A stretch of DNA of 64,000 nt from Lingula anatina (lineage: Eukaryota > Animalia > Brachiopoda), in contig CM120641.1 in the NCBI GenBank assembly GCA_051362555.1, positions 45,886,401 through 45,950,400 on the forward strand, given 5' to 3'. The position numbers and the translations under genes were made by a program. The notes beneath the pieces are model-generated. The model saw nothing but the letters and a program-made list of their open reading frames with translations, made no database searches and had not been told where the DNA came from. Positions 36,793-51,700 of this stretch are shown in pieces. Position 1 is the stretch's first letter; each line of letters opens with the position of its first letter.

Positions 36793-39700
36793 GTGGAGAG
36801 GTTAATATTTTACCAGGAATTAACTCCTCAAAATGGTCATTTTAATTCGCTGTTTATCAGTTCTCATGGATTTTGCAATATTATAATATCCAGAGACAGA
36901 GTTTAACATAAATTATTTTGACATTAAGAAATTAACAGTTGTACAGAGGGGGTTATACAGTGACTCACGTACATTTTCTGACATCATACGAGTTTCAGAT
37001 GAACATTTGATAGCGTCCAAAATCTTTTAACTGTTTCGTCATTGTTTGGTGGACCGAAGGATTGGTAGATTTCGCGTTTGGGTTTTCGTTGGTTTAATAC
37101 TTATTTATTGCTGTAAGATTACGCTCAAGCTTTCACAATTATATTACTCCAACGAAGGACATTTTGTAAACAAAATAAGTTTTTGTAAATATAGATAAAA
37201 TAATCTCTGTATAATAAAAGAAAAACAAGCTGATGTCACTTGAAAAAAATGTATCTACATGCTTTGCGGGGCAAAAAGATCAAAACATTATCGAATGGAA
37301 TAGAGGTATTTCAGCTCGTCTGAATAAAAACACGAAACAAATAACGCGTTAAAATGGATTAAGATCTCAATAAAGCCAGAGAAAGAAGCAACGCGCCACA
37401 GTTTATTTTAACGTTCAAGAGGCACAGCAGTGTTCACCACAAGACCGAAAAAGAAAAAGCCTGCAATTGAGTTTTTTGCTTGGGTGGCTTTGTACAATTT
37501 TCTGCTACAGTGTAGATAGAGCAGAAAACATTAGGGATTCCCCCGAGAGGCGGAGGGAGCAACCCCTCCGTTTGCCTGTCACTTAATGGTAGTTCAATTT
37601 AACTCGATACTCTAAGGATTGTTTCAGTTTAGTAATTAGTATCAGATCTGTCAGTTTAAATTGATGTTTAGCATATTCCGCTAACTTTTTCATTATCCAG
37701 CAAATTCATTGGGCGATCGTCTTAAGCCGTACTATATTATTGCGCTGTCAGAGTCGAAATGATTTTCATTACCGCATTCGCTCAGAATGGTTAACACTGA
37801 TCAATCATGGAGCTTGCATTGGCACACAGACACTGAATCGATACAGAAAACATTATCATCTATCTTAACTGCCAATGCACGCAGCTACTTTTCTCTGGTT
37901 CAGAACCTGAAACATTGGCGGTGTTTTTTTTCTGTTGTCGTAAGAAATTCAATATTTTTGCGGATCACAGCCAAAGAAGGCAGTCGGTACATAGTAAGGC
38001 AAAAATAAACGGCATTGAAATGGGTGTATTGTTACCGAGGTAGCGAAGTTAGCGAAGTGAAGCTTTTGTTTTATTTTGTTTTCTTGTGAGCGGAAGCGAC
38101 CTTTGGCACCTAGAATATGCTATGAGATCGAAATTCGGGTTTTCTTTGATTTAGAAAAAACGAGACATTTAAATTTAGACACTTTACCTGAACTTTAGCT
38201 TATTAAATCAATGTATTAATTGGAAATATTTCACCGAGATTCGAAATGTTGTGCATTTAAATCAGTCACAGAACCTAAGTAATTTTTTTACGTACATCAA
38301 CCATTTTTGTTCACGTTATTGATTGCATTTCTTTATATGGTGTCTTTAGACTTTATACTTATCGTTTCGAGAGTCGAATAATTTTTTCAGCGTCCAAATT
38401 TACCGCATCTTTTCAAAATCGCCAGAAAAAATATTTAGGCATGTCGGTCAATGAAGTTACCCAATGGAAGCGAAAGAACAAAAGGCTGTTTACAGGACAA
38501 AACCTATTAGATATACAACAAGGCTCTTCTTAATTTACCGCTTCATGAAACTTGTGCAGGTGGTGGTTTTAGTCAGGTGCGTCTTTTTTTTAGGGGGGGG
38601 GGGGGTCTTAGCCGTAATCCGATTGTCCCTTCTAGCAAAACAGCTCTCTGGCTTGATAACAACTCTGGACACATCGAAAGGGAATGTATCCATGCAAGAA
38701 AAATTAATTAAAAGATTATTCCTAGCGAATCAGCATTCTGTCAGTATTTATTACATCAGTGGTCGTTTTACCAAGTGGGACGGCTTGCTTGACAAGGTAT
38801 TTTATACGTTTAAGCAGTAATTAAAGTAAAACAACCAGTTGCCAATTGATCAATAGACGTCTTCGCTACGCTGGAGTGGTCACGAGCAAACCATGACTTT
38901 ACGTACTCATTGCAGCAACTTGAAAAACCTCATAATACAATAGTCTACCCGGGGTCTCAACTGGCAAATATATTTTGCTGTAAAAAAATCAAAATTGAGT
39001 TTCATCGGAGACATATCGATTCTATGTTTTGACCCAGAGATTTTGATTGCATTTTGTCGGGGTATAGCTTTTTTTAGGGGGCGCAGGATTGTGTTTCTAG
39101 CATGTAATGCCCCTGGGAGAGGGCGCTAAAGCACACAAGAGGTTCGTGTTATTAGTAACATATTATACACTTTATCAATCAAATATAAAATCATAATGGC
39201 CATTAGACGTTCAAAGAAGCCATTAATACGATGCTCTACGCCTTGCCATCAATTATTTGTGATAGAGAAAGAGAGAGAAGAGGTGGGAGAAGGGGGCGGG
39301 CTATGACCATTCATTTGGTCCGGTTGGTCACGTTTGGCGTGATTATCCAACAAAAATGTTCGTCTAATCGGGCGAACGGTATTGGCATCAAGGTCTCTTG
39401 AAGATAAATGAAAACGAAAGTTATTCACAAATCAAGACGGTTTCTAATTTTCTAATAAAATGCTACTTAATTGAGCAGATGTCTTAAAATGCAAATATTG
39501 ATGACATCTATAAAAACCGAAAGACGAAAGCCAAAGCCAAATTTACGAAATATTTATATCGTTTTGCTAATATAATTTTAACATCAATCGATTTAGATTT
39601 GTCAGTTGGATCACTTTAACATGGCCGACGGCATATAGTATTAGCGACATCGCTCAGTTAGCAACAGTAAATTTTAATACTATTAACGCTAAATTTCTTT

Positions 39701-42700
39701 AGAAATAATGCGTTTATCATTTACGCGCTTTTGTTATGCTTTGTTTTCTAGTGAACGGCCACGGTGAGAATGAAAATGACGGGAGCAGAGATGACCACGA
39801 AGATGCAAGGGATATTGACTCGGTAAGTAGTCTAAGTTAACGTGATTTTGAATGTTTGTGTTTTAGCAGAAGTATCGATTTAGGCAGTCATGTTTAGCAT
39901 TCAACATTTGCAGAGCATTCTGTAGGCACGGGTTTCTATAGAAGACGGTACTTTTGCAGAGAACTTAAAATGAAGCAGATAATTTTACTGCGGAACGCTC
40001 GTGACGATGTAATTGATTCTACTTGTTTAAAATATTTTGTTTAGTATTTAAAACTAATTCATTTAAATAAGAGAGGCAGACAGAGGCTTATGATGAAGTT
40101 TACAGAAGGAGATTAATTTAATTGTGATGCCGGGAAGATGGGATGTTACTGGTTTCAGTGTTACCCTTACTTTTGGATTAGTTTACGTCTGTTTCATCTT
40201 CATAATTACATGGCGTGGAGATGATGGAGCCTTCATGCAATTGATGCTCTTTTAGATGCTCTTTTATTTTCTCTTTCTTTTCATCTTCTGCTAATGAATA
40301 TAGTCAGTTAAATTTTCATGAACAATTATCTTAAGTTTTGAACTTACCGACGATATTCCCTATTCTTGTTTTTTTTCATTCAACTAGAAATTGTTTTACA
40401 CATTTTGAACGGAAAAATCAATCTTTATTCATAAAACTTTCAGTTATGGACATACCGAGGAGCAAAACTTCCAAAGAATGAGGTCGACTCAGGGGACTTA
40501 GCAAACTCTATCGCCAGCACATTTCAAATTCCTTCTTACGGCGGAGGGGGCAGTGGTTCGGCCATGCAGCCGGTGGTCAGTTCGCCCGACGCTGGTGGGG
40601 ACAGTAAATCCCACGAGGTGGTCACCTATGGCGCTGGACACAGCATAGCCAATATGAACACTGCAGTAAATAACTTAACTTCACCGACTGCTGCCTCAGA
40701 AGCTCAAAACAGTTCGTCAGGAAACTATTCCCCTTCACTTGGTAGGTCACCGACCATCATGCTTTCTTCTCTTTTCTTTTTTCCTGTCCTAAACCTTCCT
40801 TCCTTCCTTTATTGATGGATTTTTATAACTTTTCCTCGCCAAAACTTCATCTTTATTGTTGGAGATTTCAACTTTAAACTTTTGTCAACTGCATGTTTGT
40901 TACATGAGGGTGAAGGATAAACATTTTTCAAATTCAAAGACAGAACTTGCTTGATTTTTCTGTTGTCTCCAACCTTATAACAATGGGACCTTTTCATAAG
41001 AGAGTAAAGGTTGAAGTACATGTTTGTAAAATTATTTGATGTTCTTAATGGTCTTGAGCAAAGGATGTTTTGAACTGTCCAGCTTTGTTTTCTGGTCAAT
41101 GTTTTTAACGATGGCAAGGCTGATGTAGCGTTGACAGTCAACAGAGCAGTTAGGTATTGTGTTAAAGCTATGCTAGGAATACCGTTGCTTGACTGTAAGC
41201 CTGCCTGTTTTAAAGCTATCACTTTTAAAAGACGACGTGAAAGCCACTTGTAAAAAGATGAAAATTCAAATTGCAACTTTATTTTATTTTCAAACATTCA
41301 AACTTGTTGCAATTTGTTGAAGAGAGATTTTTCTTACAACTTTCTTTTCAATTGCCTAATTGTTTCAAGTGGGTGCCAATTTATTTTGAAATAACTGGAT
41401 TTCATTTTCAGTCTTTAATGCCTTATCATGTCAACTTGATAATTTTCTAATAATATTTATTTACAATTTTACTGTAAGCTAAAAACAGAAGGAAAGATCA
41501 TAAAAGGGAAAAGAATGACACTTTTTAAATTTATTTAAGAACACAAATTTTCTGAATGCATTGTTTGCCCTGAAGCAATATGTTATGAGGCACTATATGC
41601 AAACTATTTTAATTGCAAAAATCATTTCAAATTTATAATTTCACAAGGCTTTAAAGATGTATAACATGCACACTACTGAAAGATAATAGCTATGGACAAA
41701 AAAGCCTGACTTTTGCAGTTGATGAAAACATTTCCTGATAGAAAATGTAATGAGAAAAAAGAATAAGTTGGTTTTCAAAACATTCTTGGTAATTCATCAT
41801 CAGGCATTGTAGCTTTTCCTTTTTTCTTCTCCTTTTTTATATTTCTTTTTGAAAACGGTATCAAATGCGCTTAAACCTTCAACATTTCCCATCAATCATT
41901 GACATTTTTTTAGAAATTGGGTGAAAGAAAGAAACATTTGGTGCATTCCGACTTCAGAAAAAGTGGTTCTGTTTCACAAATTTTGACATAAAAGCAAGCT
42001 TACAAGAAATTATAGTATAGTATAAATGATGATTAATCATCTGTCACCTGTGTCTTCTGCTCATGTTTCACTCAATATGGGCACACTTAACTTTTTTTTC
42101 ATGTCTTTATTCTCAAGACCTTGTGCCAACGTCTTTGACCCAGGCAGTTGTGAGACCCAAAAGTGGAAAAGGCTGGGAAATTAAAGTTACCTTTTCTACA
42201 CAGTCCCTTTTGAGACCTTGCAGGTTATCTTACATATAATTGGACGATCTGGCCCCTCTTTTCATCCCTCCACTATCAAAAGATACACATGACAGGATAT
42301 TTGTTGCCAACCCCATTTTCTCCACTCATTTTGCAGGACAATACACTGACATTAAGCCATTCGAGCCCATTGCTGATTTTCTATTTGTGTTGTATGTAAT
42401 CATCTGTAATGTGAGCCACCTTACTTTCCCCCAATTCTGTAATTTGGGAGGTGGGGAGAGGGCGATTTGGCTGTCAAACAGCTGAACAGCTGTACGCGTA
42501 ATGAAGATGAACCCTTTTCTCTCCCAATTTTCTCCAATACTCAACAAGAGGCACAGTGCGGCTGTGATTATCTTAATTCTTTTTATCAAATTTACCGTCA
42601 TAGCTTTGTAAGCCTGTCTTTGTCAGGATTTGAAAAATATGGGAAAAAACAAACCCTTAGCTTATTATTGTGATAAGCAATCTTGTTATTTTTCAACAGG

Positions 42701-45700
42701 TGAGGGCTTGACTCATGGGTAAGAAAAAATGACAAACTTTTTAGGGTGAAAATAAACTGCATTATTTTTTCATAATAACCAGTTGACAATACAGCCATTC
42801 AGACATTAAGGAAACCAATTCTGGGTCTAAATTGTTGAGAAAGTATGCATTTTCCAAGATGGGTAATAGCATCAGCTACGCCCATCATTTGACACTTATG
42901 ATCATTGCATACATGTTTATCTGTCAGTGCACCTGTAATTAACAAGGGACAATAGGACCACCTAGGGGGGCAGAGAATTCCACAAAAAACACCCGTAAAG
43001 TTTTTGGTTGAAGCTGAAATTTACATGTAATTAATAACATCGTACCTTTGTGGAAATTGCCCATCAAAGTTAAACATATTTGACTACCATGTTTGAATAT
43101 TGTCTTTTTAAAACCAAAAGCAACAATTTTTTGTTACAGATATCCACTTGAAAATGTTAACAACACAGTGTGTGTCAGATACAACCTATATGATACATTT
43201 TATCAAAATGTTATGTCATCTAGTCATTGGTGAAAGAGAATAGCCAATTTTAATGAATACCCATTGTTGCTGTTTTTATCTGTAAACTAAACTTAAAGAA
43301 TTATCATCAATAAATTATTTCAGATAAATGTTTCTGTTATCTAAAACATTTGCAGAAAATTTATTTGGATTTTTATCACATTTTGCATCTGCATTTAGGT
43401 TCTGTAACACCTATTTATAATCGGATGGATGTTAAAGTATTGGAATCTCATCATTTGGCCGAACAGGGAGCTTTTGGGAGTAAGTGTCATACACAGTTAT
43501 AGCACTAATATCTAGATGGCAAGGGAATAGGCATAAAACGTATGTTACCTAGAAATGCTGAGGAGATAACATAATAGTCTGAGAGTAGAGGAAGCACTAG
43601 TTAAAACAGGTGCCTTTAGATTGGTAACTTGAATAACATTGGGATTGCTAGACAGTTTGTAGTGATAATTTGGTTTTTAAAATCCATATTTTTACCTGCT
43701 GTGTGGATAACCTGCACTTATTTGGATATCTCCATGTCTGAGTGCATTCTTATTTCTGCATTAATATTAAGAAAACAATGGAATAAGATTTTGTATAGAA
43801 AAAATACAATGTAAAGAATTGATTTTTGCTTAAGTAATATGCCCAATGACAAATCAATTTATGGAGTTTTAAACCTTCATTTTAGTTAACCTATTTATAA
43901 AATAGCTCTGTCAATGTATTCATTTGACACAAAAGCAAATATTTTTAGTATTTATTTAATATCATCTCATGCAGAAGATACTATTAAAGTTTTTAAAAAA
44001 ATCATCTAAATTGCAACTAGCACACATTGAATGTTTTGACTGAATTTGTCATTGTTGATTCTTACATAAATTAAAATTAAAACATATACATATTTCCACT
44101 CTTTGGACATAAAATACATACAGTTGTACTTGTTTGACATTATTTTTGATTGGACTCTTAACAGCAAGGGTTATAACTTGTTTTATTATATCATAAATAT
44201 TAATAAATAGATAAGACTGCATCTTTGCTAATTTAGACAGTTAAACTAGTAAAACTAATATGAATCAACAAAATTACACAAAACATGCAATTTTTCTGTA
44301 TATGTCTTTGAATTAGTTTTGTGTTTAATACAGTGCCCTCCAACTTGACACCAGAGTGCATACAACTTGAAATGAAAAAAAAAAACTGCATCCTTGCTCA
44401 CTGTGTAGTCACCTAGTCCCATGCCAGCGCCAACAAAACGTACAAACTATACACCTCATCATTTTCCTTGATTTCAACACAAAAGGATTGTTGTCCTTTT
44501 TTTTATCCATCCCCCTCAAGTCTCCAAACACATAATTTCCTAATTGATTGACATTCACCATCTAAGTAGTTTTCAAGCAGCCCATCCACTCATATTGTTG
44601 TTTTTGTTTGGGTTTCCTATTACTGCTTGATACATCTGACTGGCAGCTTGATTTGAATTTTTCATTTCCTCCTTAGCCTTTTAGTATTCCAGCATAAGTG
44701 ATCTTGGTTGTATTGTACCTCCCTATTCCAATATCTCCCAGTAGATAGAGTTGCAGCAGTGTTTTCCTAAATGGATTTAGTTCCAGTGCCAAACACAAAA
44801 GTCTGATGGAAAAATCTCTTAAATTATTCAGCAAAAAATAGGGTATATGGAAATTAAATTAGGGATGGAGTCGATGAACTGGTTAGAACATAGGGCTCTG
44901 TTGTATTAATTCCTCTTATGTTTGCAGAGCAGATTTTGTTGTATTTATTTTATTTGTTCTCATCAAGGTTTTGTTAGTGATCAGTAGATTTCCTGGTTGA
45001 GATAATGTATCTGCTGTTAAAACCCCATCAATACTGCATGGAGCATATTAATGCATGGCAAAGACTGTTCTTCCATAGAAAAAGATACTGATTAGCCAGC
45101 AGGAAACAACCACCACCATTTATTGATCTTTTCTCCTGCAACTTTTTGTTTTAAGTTTTGTTTTTAGTCATCTAAACTTTTTCAGTTTTCGATTTAGTAT
45201 TTGCTGTTCCATTTTTGTTTGTAGCTAACAACAACAACAACAACACGCCAGCCTCAATTAACAATGTCCCATCATCCCCCATGAAAGTCCAGACCGAGGC
45301 TGCCCAGGCGGTCGAGACCAGCAACGGTAGTTTGACCGAACTGAAACCCATTTCTCAGGGAGTTCCCACTCCGCAATCATACAACAACATTCCGTTTAGT
45401 TCCACAGGGCAGTATTGTAAGTGGACCACAAGTCAGAGAGGCATAGACTGACCTTTTGCTTATTGATACTGACCTCAACTTTCCATAACCCTCCTCTCCT
45501 CTTCCTCACCAACCTCATCCTCATCCTCATGGGGTTTTAATATTTCATTGATGTTCTGGTTTAGGGTCTAACCAACATCCATCCTGCAGAGACACATCAA
45601 CATTATACTTTTACAGTAACAGTCGTAACAATAATATGGCCTTGTTTTGGTTCATGGTTTGATTTGTATTGTTTGTACTAATTATTGTCCTGTAATTAGC

Positions 45701-48700
45701 ACTTAACAAGATTTTATATCTGCATTTTATTAACTTTTTAAATAATTTATTTATTTTCAAATTACACCATGTTGCCCATTGTTTTCATTGAAATTTATCC
45801 ATTTCCCATTACAGAAAGTTAAACAGATCTATAAAAGTAACTAATCTCAAAGAATATTGGTTTATTTCTTAACTGGTTTCCACAAAATTTGGCATATGTT
45901 TGAACCAATAATATAGGCAGTATGTTCAATTTTAGTTTTGTGCAGTATATTATAATTCTGATGAGGAATAGTGTGAGCATATAACTGTTTTCGAAATGAC
46001 TTTTTTGGTTTTGTAAATTATGTTCATTTATTGTTATGGATGCCATTTACACAGTTAATTTTAAATAATACCACAAAAGAAATAAATTTAGTTCAGATAC
46101 AAATTTCTCCCCAATACCTTGTGAGATATAAGAATTTAAAGTGTTTCTGCAACGGGAAATTTAAGAAAAATCATATCAAATCTGAATAGATATATATATA
46201 TCTACAAGTTTGTCCATTTATTTCTGCTTATTTTTCATCTTTGGTACTCTTGGTTTGTATGGTGTTGCTTGCATGTAAATACCAAATTATTGGCTCAAAG
46301 CAATCACAAAGTGGATATCACTTCTCTTTAACATTTTTGTATCTTTGCTTGTAGCATCTAGATAAATTGTTTACAATAGGAATTGTGCGCATCCAAGTTA
46401 TTTTCTACCTTCAAGCATCTACAGCTTTTGTTAATTGAACCTTTCTTGTTTGCTCTGGGGAACTGGGAAGTTAATTTAACAAATTTGTTAAGCATTTTAT
46501 GGCATTGATCAATATTCTATAAGTTTAAACATTCATCAGATGTACTTATTAGAAATTGTAATTTTATAATTTGTTACCTTTCTGTGTGATTCATATCCAC
46601 TTACATACCTTCACTTACGTCATGATTATTTTACAACTTTACTTTCAGTTTAATTCCTAGATCTTGCTACATCATAATGGTTATAAATTAATCATAAAAA
46701 CATTTTCTCTTTCAGCACAAACTAACTACACAGCCAGTCATACATCTTATAGCAATCAACCCATGCCGAGTTTGCCACCTCTGGTTTTGCCTCCAGGCTC
46801 TAGTAATTATGCCACAGGCCCTGTAACAGGTGAGAATTCTAAACTATTTTACAGTAGGCAAAAGTATGATTATGTCGAGTTATTATTTTAGAAATGGGTA
46901 CTGAAGCAAGGATACCCAAAATAGGCAGAACTGTGGTTAAATAGGGCACAATAACCAACCAATCAGAGACTTGGAATTCTTTAATAGGTAATCATTTCTC
47001 ATCTTATTAAGGACTGTTATTCTGTAGGGGAGAGTCTGAGGGTCCGTATGCATACTTCTTTTTATTATGGCTCTTTTTAGTGGTATTATGTGTTTATTAC
47101 TAGATTTTATCAATATTTTTTTTCACAAAGATGGGATGTGAAGGCATTTCGAACAGGGCACACGGCACTTTCTCACAATAAAGGTCCTATTTTCCATCTT
47201 CACTTTGAACAGTAAACACATTTGTCACCATTGAAAATGATGGAAATAAAATACTTAGTCCACATATAGAAAACAATGCAGATATCTGTCCACCACCGCC
47301 CCTGATTTATTGCCTCTCTGTCCGGACAAGACTGACCGGCTTGACCGGTCTGTCACATTCAGAGATTTCCAAGTGATTTTTAAGTTTGAAAACTGAGTGC
47401 AAAAACCTTGGCTAATATATCTGTCACATGGACCTTTCAGGTTACAATGCTTATTTATACATATATGAGGAAATGTTGAAAAGTTATTGATTTGTCATCG
47501 TTTAACTGGTTCAGCTCACTGCTTAGCAGTTTGGATCAGAGCTCTGTCAGTGCAGAAAAGTTTAATTTACCATGTAGTTAAAAAAAAAAAAGAAAAAAAA
47601 ACAATGGAGAAAGTGATCAAGCTTCATGCATTCTGTCATACCAAGTGTCCATTATGTGATGTAACAACCCATATGTTATGAACCAGTAACAGGCGCACAA
47701 CATGAGTAAAGAAAGAGAAAGTTTTCCATCATAGTTTTGAAAACAAAGACTAATTCTGTAAATTGAGAGAAGAGATATAATATTGCCTGTTTATTGTTCT
47801 TTTATTTAAGGATAGAAACTCGTCTTGCATGTATCAAAACTGGTGTTTTATAAACCAATATGAGCTGTAGTTTTATGTCAAACACAAGTATTAAATGAGA
47901 GAAAAGGTATATTGTCTTTTGTTTATTGTTCCCTCACTTAATGACAGGGACTTGGATAAATAGGCACTCACTGTATTGAAAGTTTACATGGGTTAGGAGT
48001 GATAGATCAGCTAGTTTTGGCACCTGTAGTTTGAACATTGAGAAATAATATGAAATCAGGACATGTTAAAGAAAAAAAAAGAAAAAAAAGAAAAAGGAGT
48101 TTATTACTATAAGAATGTTTTTTAAACATCTTTTCATAAGAATTTTTTATGAACAAGTTCATTTGATGTGCTAGCCCATATGTTTACCTTCTCCGAAAAG
48201 AGGTTACAATTCTACTGTTATTTTGGTATTTGGGCATCTAACTTTGAAACAAAGTCTTTGCATACATTGTTCAGGTTATATTTCTTTTTATACAAGTTTC
48301 AGATATCCTCAAGGAGATAATCATTAAATCGTGGCTTTTTTGCTTTGTTATATGGTTAATTAATTTTTTAAGAGTCATTTCTTTGGAGTCATTTCTTATC
48401 GTGGATGTAAATCCATTCTTTTATTTAACTCAAGATTGCACCATGTAGCTGATTTTAAGGTTGAATCAAGGACTTGAGCAGGCGAATTACACAATCACTT
48501 CACATATTAATGTTGTCCTCCATGGCATTCTTAAAATTAATCATAAAGGATGAAGGGTATAGTTGCTACCAGTTGATGGGAGAGGAAGAGAGGCTCCTTT
48601 TCTTTGTGGTCTTTGGCTTCCTTTACATCAATTTTTCCCCACTATAGTTCTGTTATTTGTAAAATAAAGATACCTCTTTGATGCCACCCATATTTTGAAA

Positions 48701-51700
48701 CTGATACCATATCATACCATATCACTGCAAAAAGAAAAAAAAAACACATTGGAAACCACCAATAAGAAGAACAGTTGTTTGAATACAATGATATGACTTG
48801 TGATGGGCGAAGAAAAAAAAAACGTTGATCGGAAACAGTAAACTGTTTGTCAAACTGTGTGGTCTGCTTCTGCCACAGTGCCAGTAATTTACAGGTATGG
48901 TTACAAATACACCTGTGCCGTCTGCTCCTGTGCCATTCATAGTGCAGGCATTTTTCCTAAAGCCAGAATAAAGCAACTGTCCAGAAGAAGAATAGGCATT
49001 CTAATGGAGCAGTTATTTTTCCTTTGTGCTGGTGGTTTATAAAAATGACGAAGGAATGTTTGGCAAAGCAGTAATTGCTGCGGAGAGTTTAAGGAACAAA
49101 TTTAAGTGGCTTAGCTTGAAAAAGATATGCAAAGGTAAAATTTACAAAAAAAAAAAAAAAAAAAAAAAAAAAACGTCTTTAATTCACAAGGTCATGGCTG
49201 GGTCAGATCTCAGTTGGAGGCAGAACTCGTTTTATTTATACCATTTTTTTTCTCTAATTTTCAAAGGTGTGAATATTTTTCGTTCTTTTGGAAAGTACTC
49301 TTTCTATATATGTTATCAATTTGAATTTGAACCATTTTTTATCACTTTCCTTTGAAAAAAAAATGAAAAAGTTTCAATCACTTGTTTTCTACACTGTGGG
49401 ATCTCATGGAAGACAAATGGTGAAAAGCAAATGTATAATTAAGCCTAAAACCCACATAGGAATTAACCACTCGTGAGTCAGCCCAGACAGTTAGAAGTCA
49501 GAAGCATTCCCTGGTGATCTCAGTAATGAAGATCATCATTCTTACATGACTGGCCGTTCTTGGATAGGATAAAAAGTATAACAAACTTAGTGGGTAATAT
49601 GTATTTTCATCTGCCAGTACATTACCCTGTTCTCTGCAGGGGCTAATATAGCTAATAGGAATTTTTTCGGTTACAGTGTGGTAGTCAAGCTGAACCAGAT
49701 CTCATTCACAAGTCTAAAGATGGAGTGCTTTGACTAGGTCTTTGCTTACTAGAGTGCATCATATAGTAACATTAAATGGGGAAGGCTGTCTGTTATTGTG
49801 TGTTCTGCGCTGCTAGGAGCAGAATCAATGGGCCGTGGTGGCAAAATCAGTTGTGGAACACTGGGCATTAGTGTCACTTTCAGACACCCTGAGTCTCTGC
49901 TTTGAATACCATAGGGGAGGGTATATGCCACTGTTAAGGGAATAGTCTGCATGGTTTCAGGCAGAGCACAGAGAGAAAAATACACTAACAAATTTCAAGA
50001 GGTGTTCAGCAATTTTCTAGTGCTTTTCATATCGCTCCATAGCTGAGCTGCAAATCCCACAGACCATTTAATAAATCATTTTTTTCACAGATTTCTTATA
50101 AATGACCATTTTGTGCACTCTGGCACTCTGGGTTTACAGATGTAAATGCTGTTGTTTTATTCATAATGCAAGCACTTTCATTTTCATTTCTCAAGGTACT
50201 GGAAAGACGGGAAAGGCATTCAGTAAAGGATGGTTGGGGAGGGGTTATCTTCAACGTTTGTTTTAGGATATATGTGAGCACACTGAATTGGTTTCTGAAG
50301 CCAGTTTTGAGATATATGAGCTCTGAAGTCTAAAGGTTATTTTGATTCTTATATGTTAGGAGAAATGGCACCACAAGTTTCAGAGACTTGCTAGATGTTG
50401 GCATAAGTTTGTTTGGCAAAGACGCTTGGTTAACTGTTTCCAAATACGTTCTGGCTCCACTACAATAATCAATATAAGTCATGCATGAAAATATCACCTA
50501 TGGAGAATTCATGAAATCTTTATATGACACCGTCTTTTCAAAAAAGTTAATTTTGGAAACAGATTTCAAAGCAAACGACAAATAAAAGAGGTAATGGAAA
50601 AGTTCATTATTTGGCAAAATTTACAAACAGATTTGCTTGATTACGTTGAACAGACAACTTTCATGTTGTTTCAAATTTCTTATTAAAAAAGAAGGAAAAA
50701 GGACTTGAGGTAATGGGTATTAAAGGCAGGCAATTATTAATCAGTAATGGGGAGATATGGTAACAGGTTAAGTTCCTTATAAGCTTAGATGGAAAAAAGT
50801 AAAGCCGCCCTTTTAATACTCAAATTTCTAACCATGCACACTATTCGTTGTAAATAATAATCTTTGCCTCAGCTTGGGCTCATAAATCAAATTTTTAAAA
50901 ATTATTAAAATTATTGAAATTTTAAAAAAATTGCCTGTTATACTTATGTTGTTGGGCTTGGTCTGATATTTCAAAAGCATTGATTTTAAGATTGGCATTC
51001 TAGGTCTAGTTCTAACTAATTCTAAATCTACATGGCAAAATTCTTTTAAATCAACAGTAATTAAGGTTTTCATCTTTTTTTTTTCTTGTTTGAAAGTTTG
51101 ACATTTGTGCTACTCTCCTTCATTCATCCCTGCATTGATTATAAGATTTGGATTCTAAATCTAAATGGCACAGTTCTAATTTATTGTAGAGAATAAAAAG
51201 AGACCAACATTCTTTAAAATCAACAACTTAGTTTTCATTATTTATTTATATATTTTTATTTTTATTTTATTTTTATTTATTTATTTTTTTTTTTTTTTTG
51301 AAAATTTTATATTTGTGATTACATGGTTTCTACCCTCCCTCCATCCCTTGCCCATACTGAATCTGCACAACACTGATGGTATCTAGGTTATTAAGGTTAG
51401 GAGAAGCTGACACCACGTCACTTCCAAGCAATATGAAACTAAACATTCTCTAAACCTGGAGCTGGAGGAAAGATGTTGTTGGATACCACATAACACAATG
51501 ATTTATTGCAACTTCTGATGTAATGAGAAGTTTGAACAAGGTTAGTTTTTTTACTAAGAGATGGTTTGTCCTCTTGCATTTTATGCAACAAACAGCTGAA
51601 ATACCAAATGGTACTGATTTTTTAGATTAAAAGGGTCTTTTAATACAAATGTAATAAAAAATATAGATTAAGAAAATAGTTAAAATCTTACCTTTAAAAA

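Noticed and set aside
36646-36906. ORF with poly-His/poly-Tyr
   Set aside because: Translation of the intronic (CAT)n(TAT)n microsatellite.
40809-41297. Longest ORF in the track (162 aa, - strand)
   Set aside because: AT-rich intronic composition, no recognisable domain, and no supporting splice structure.
48879-48894. Possible 16-nt microexon (cacAG|...CAG|GTATGG)
   Set aside because: Frameshifting, weak polypyrimidine tract, no other support.
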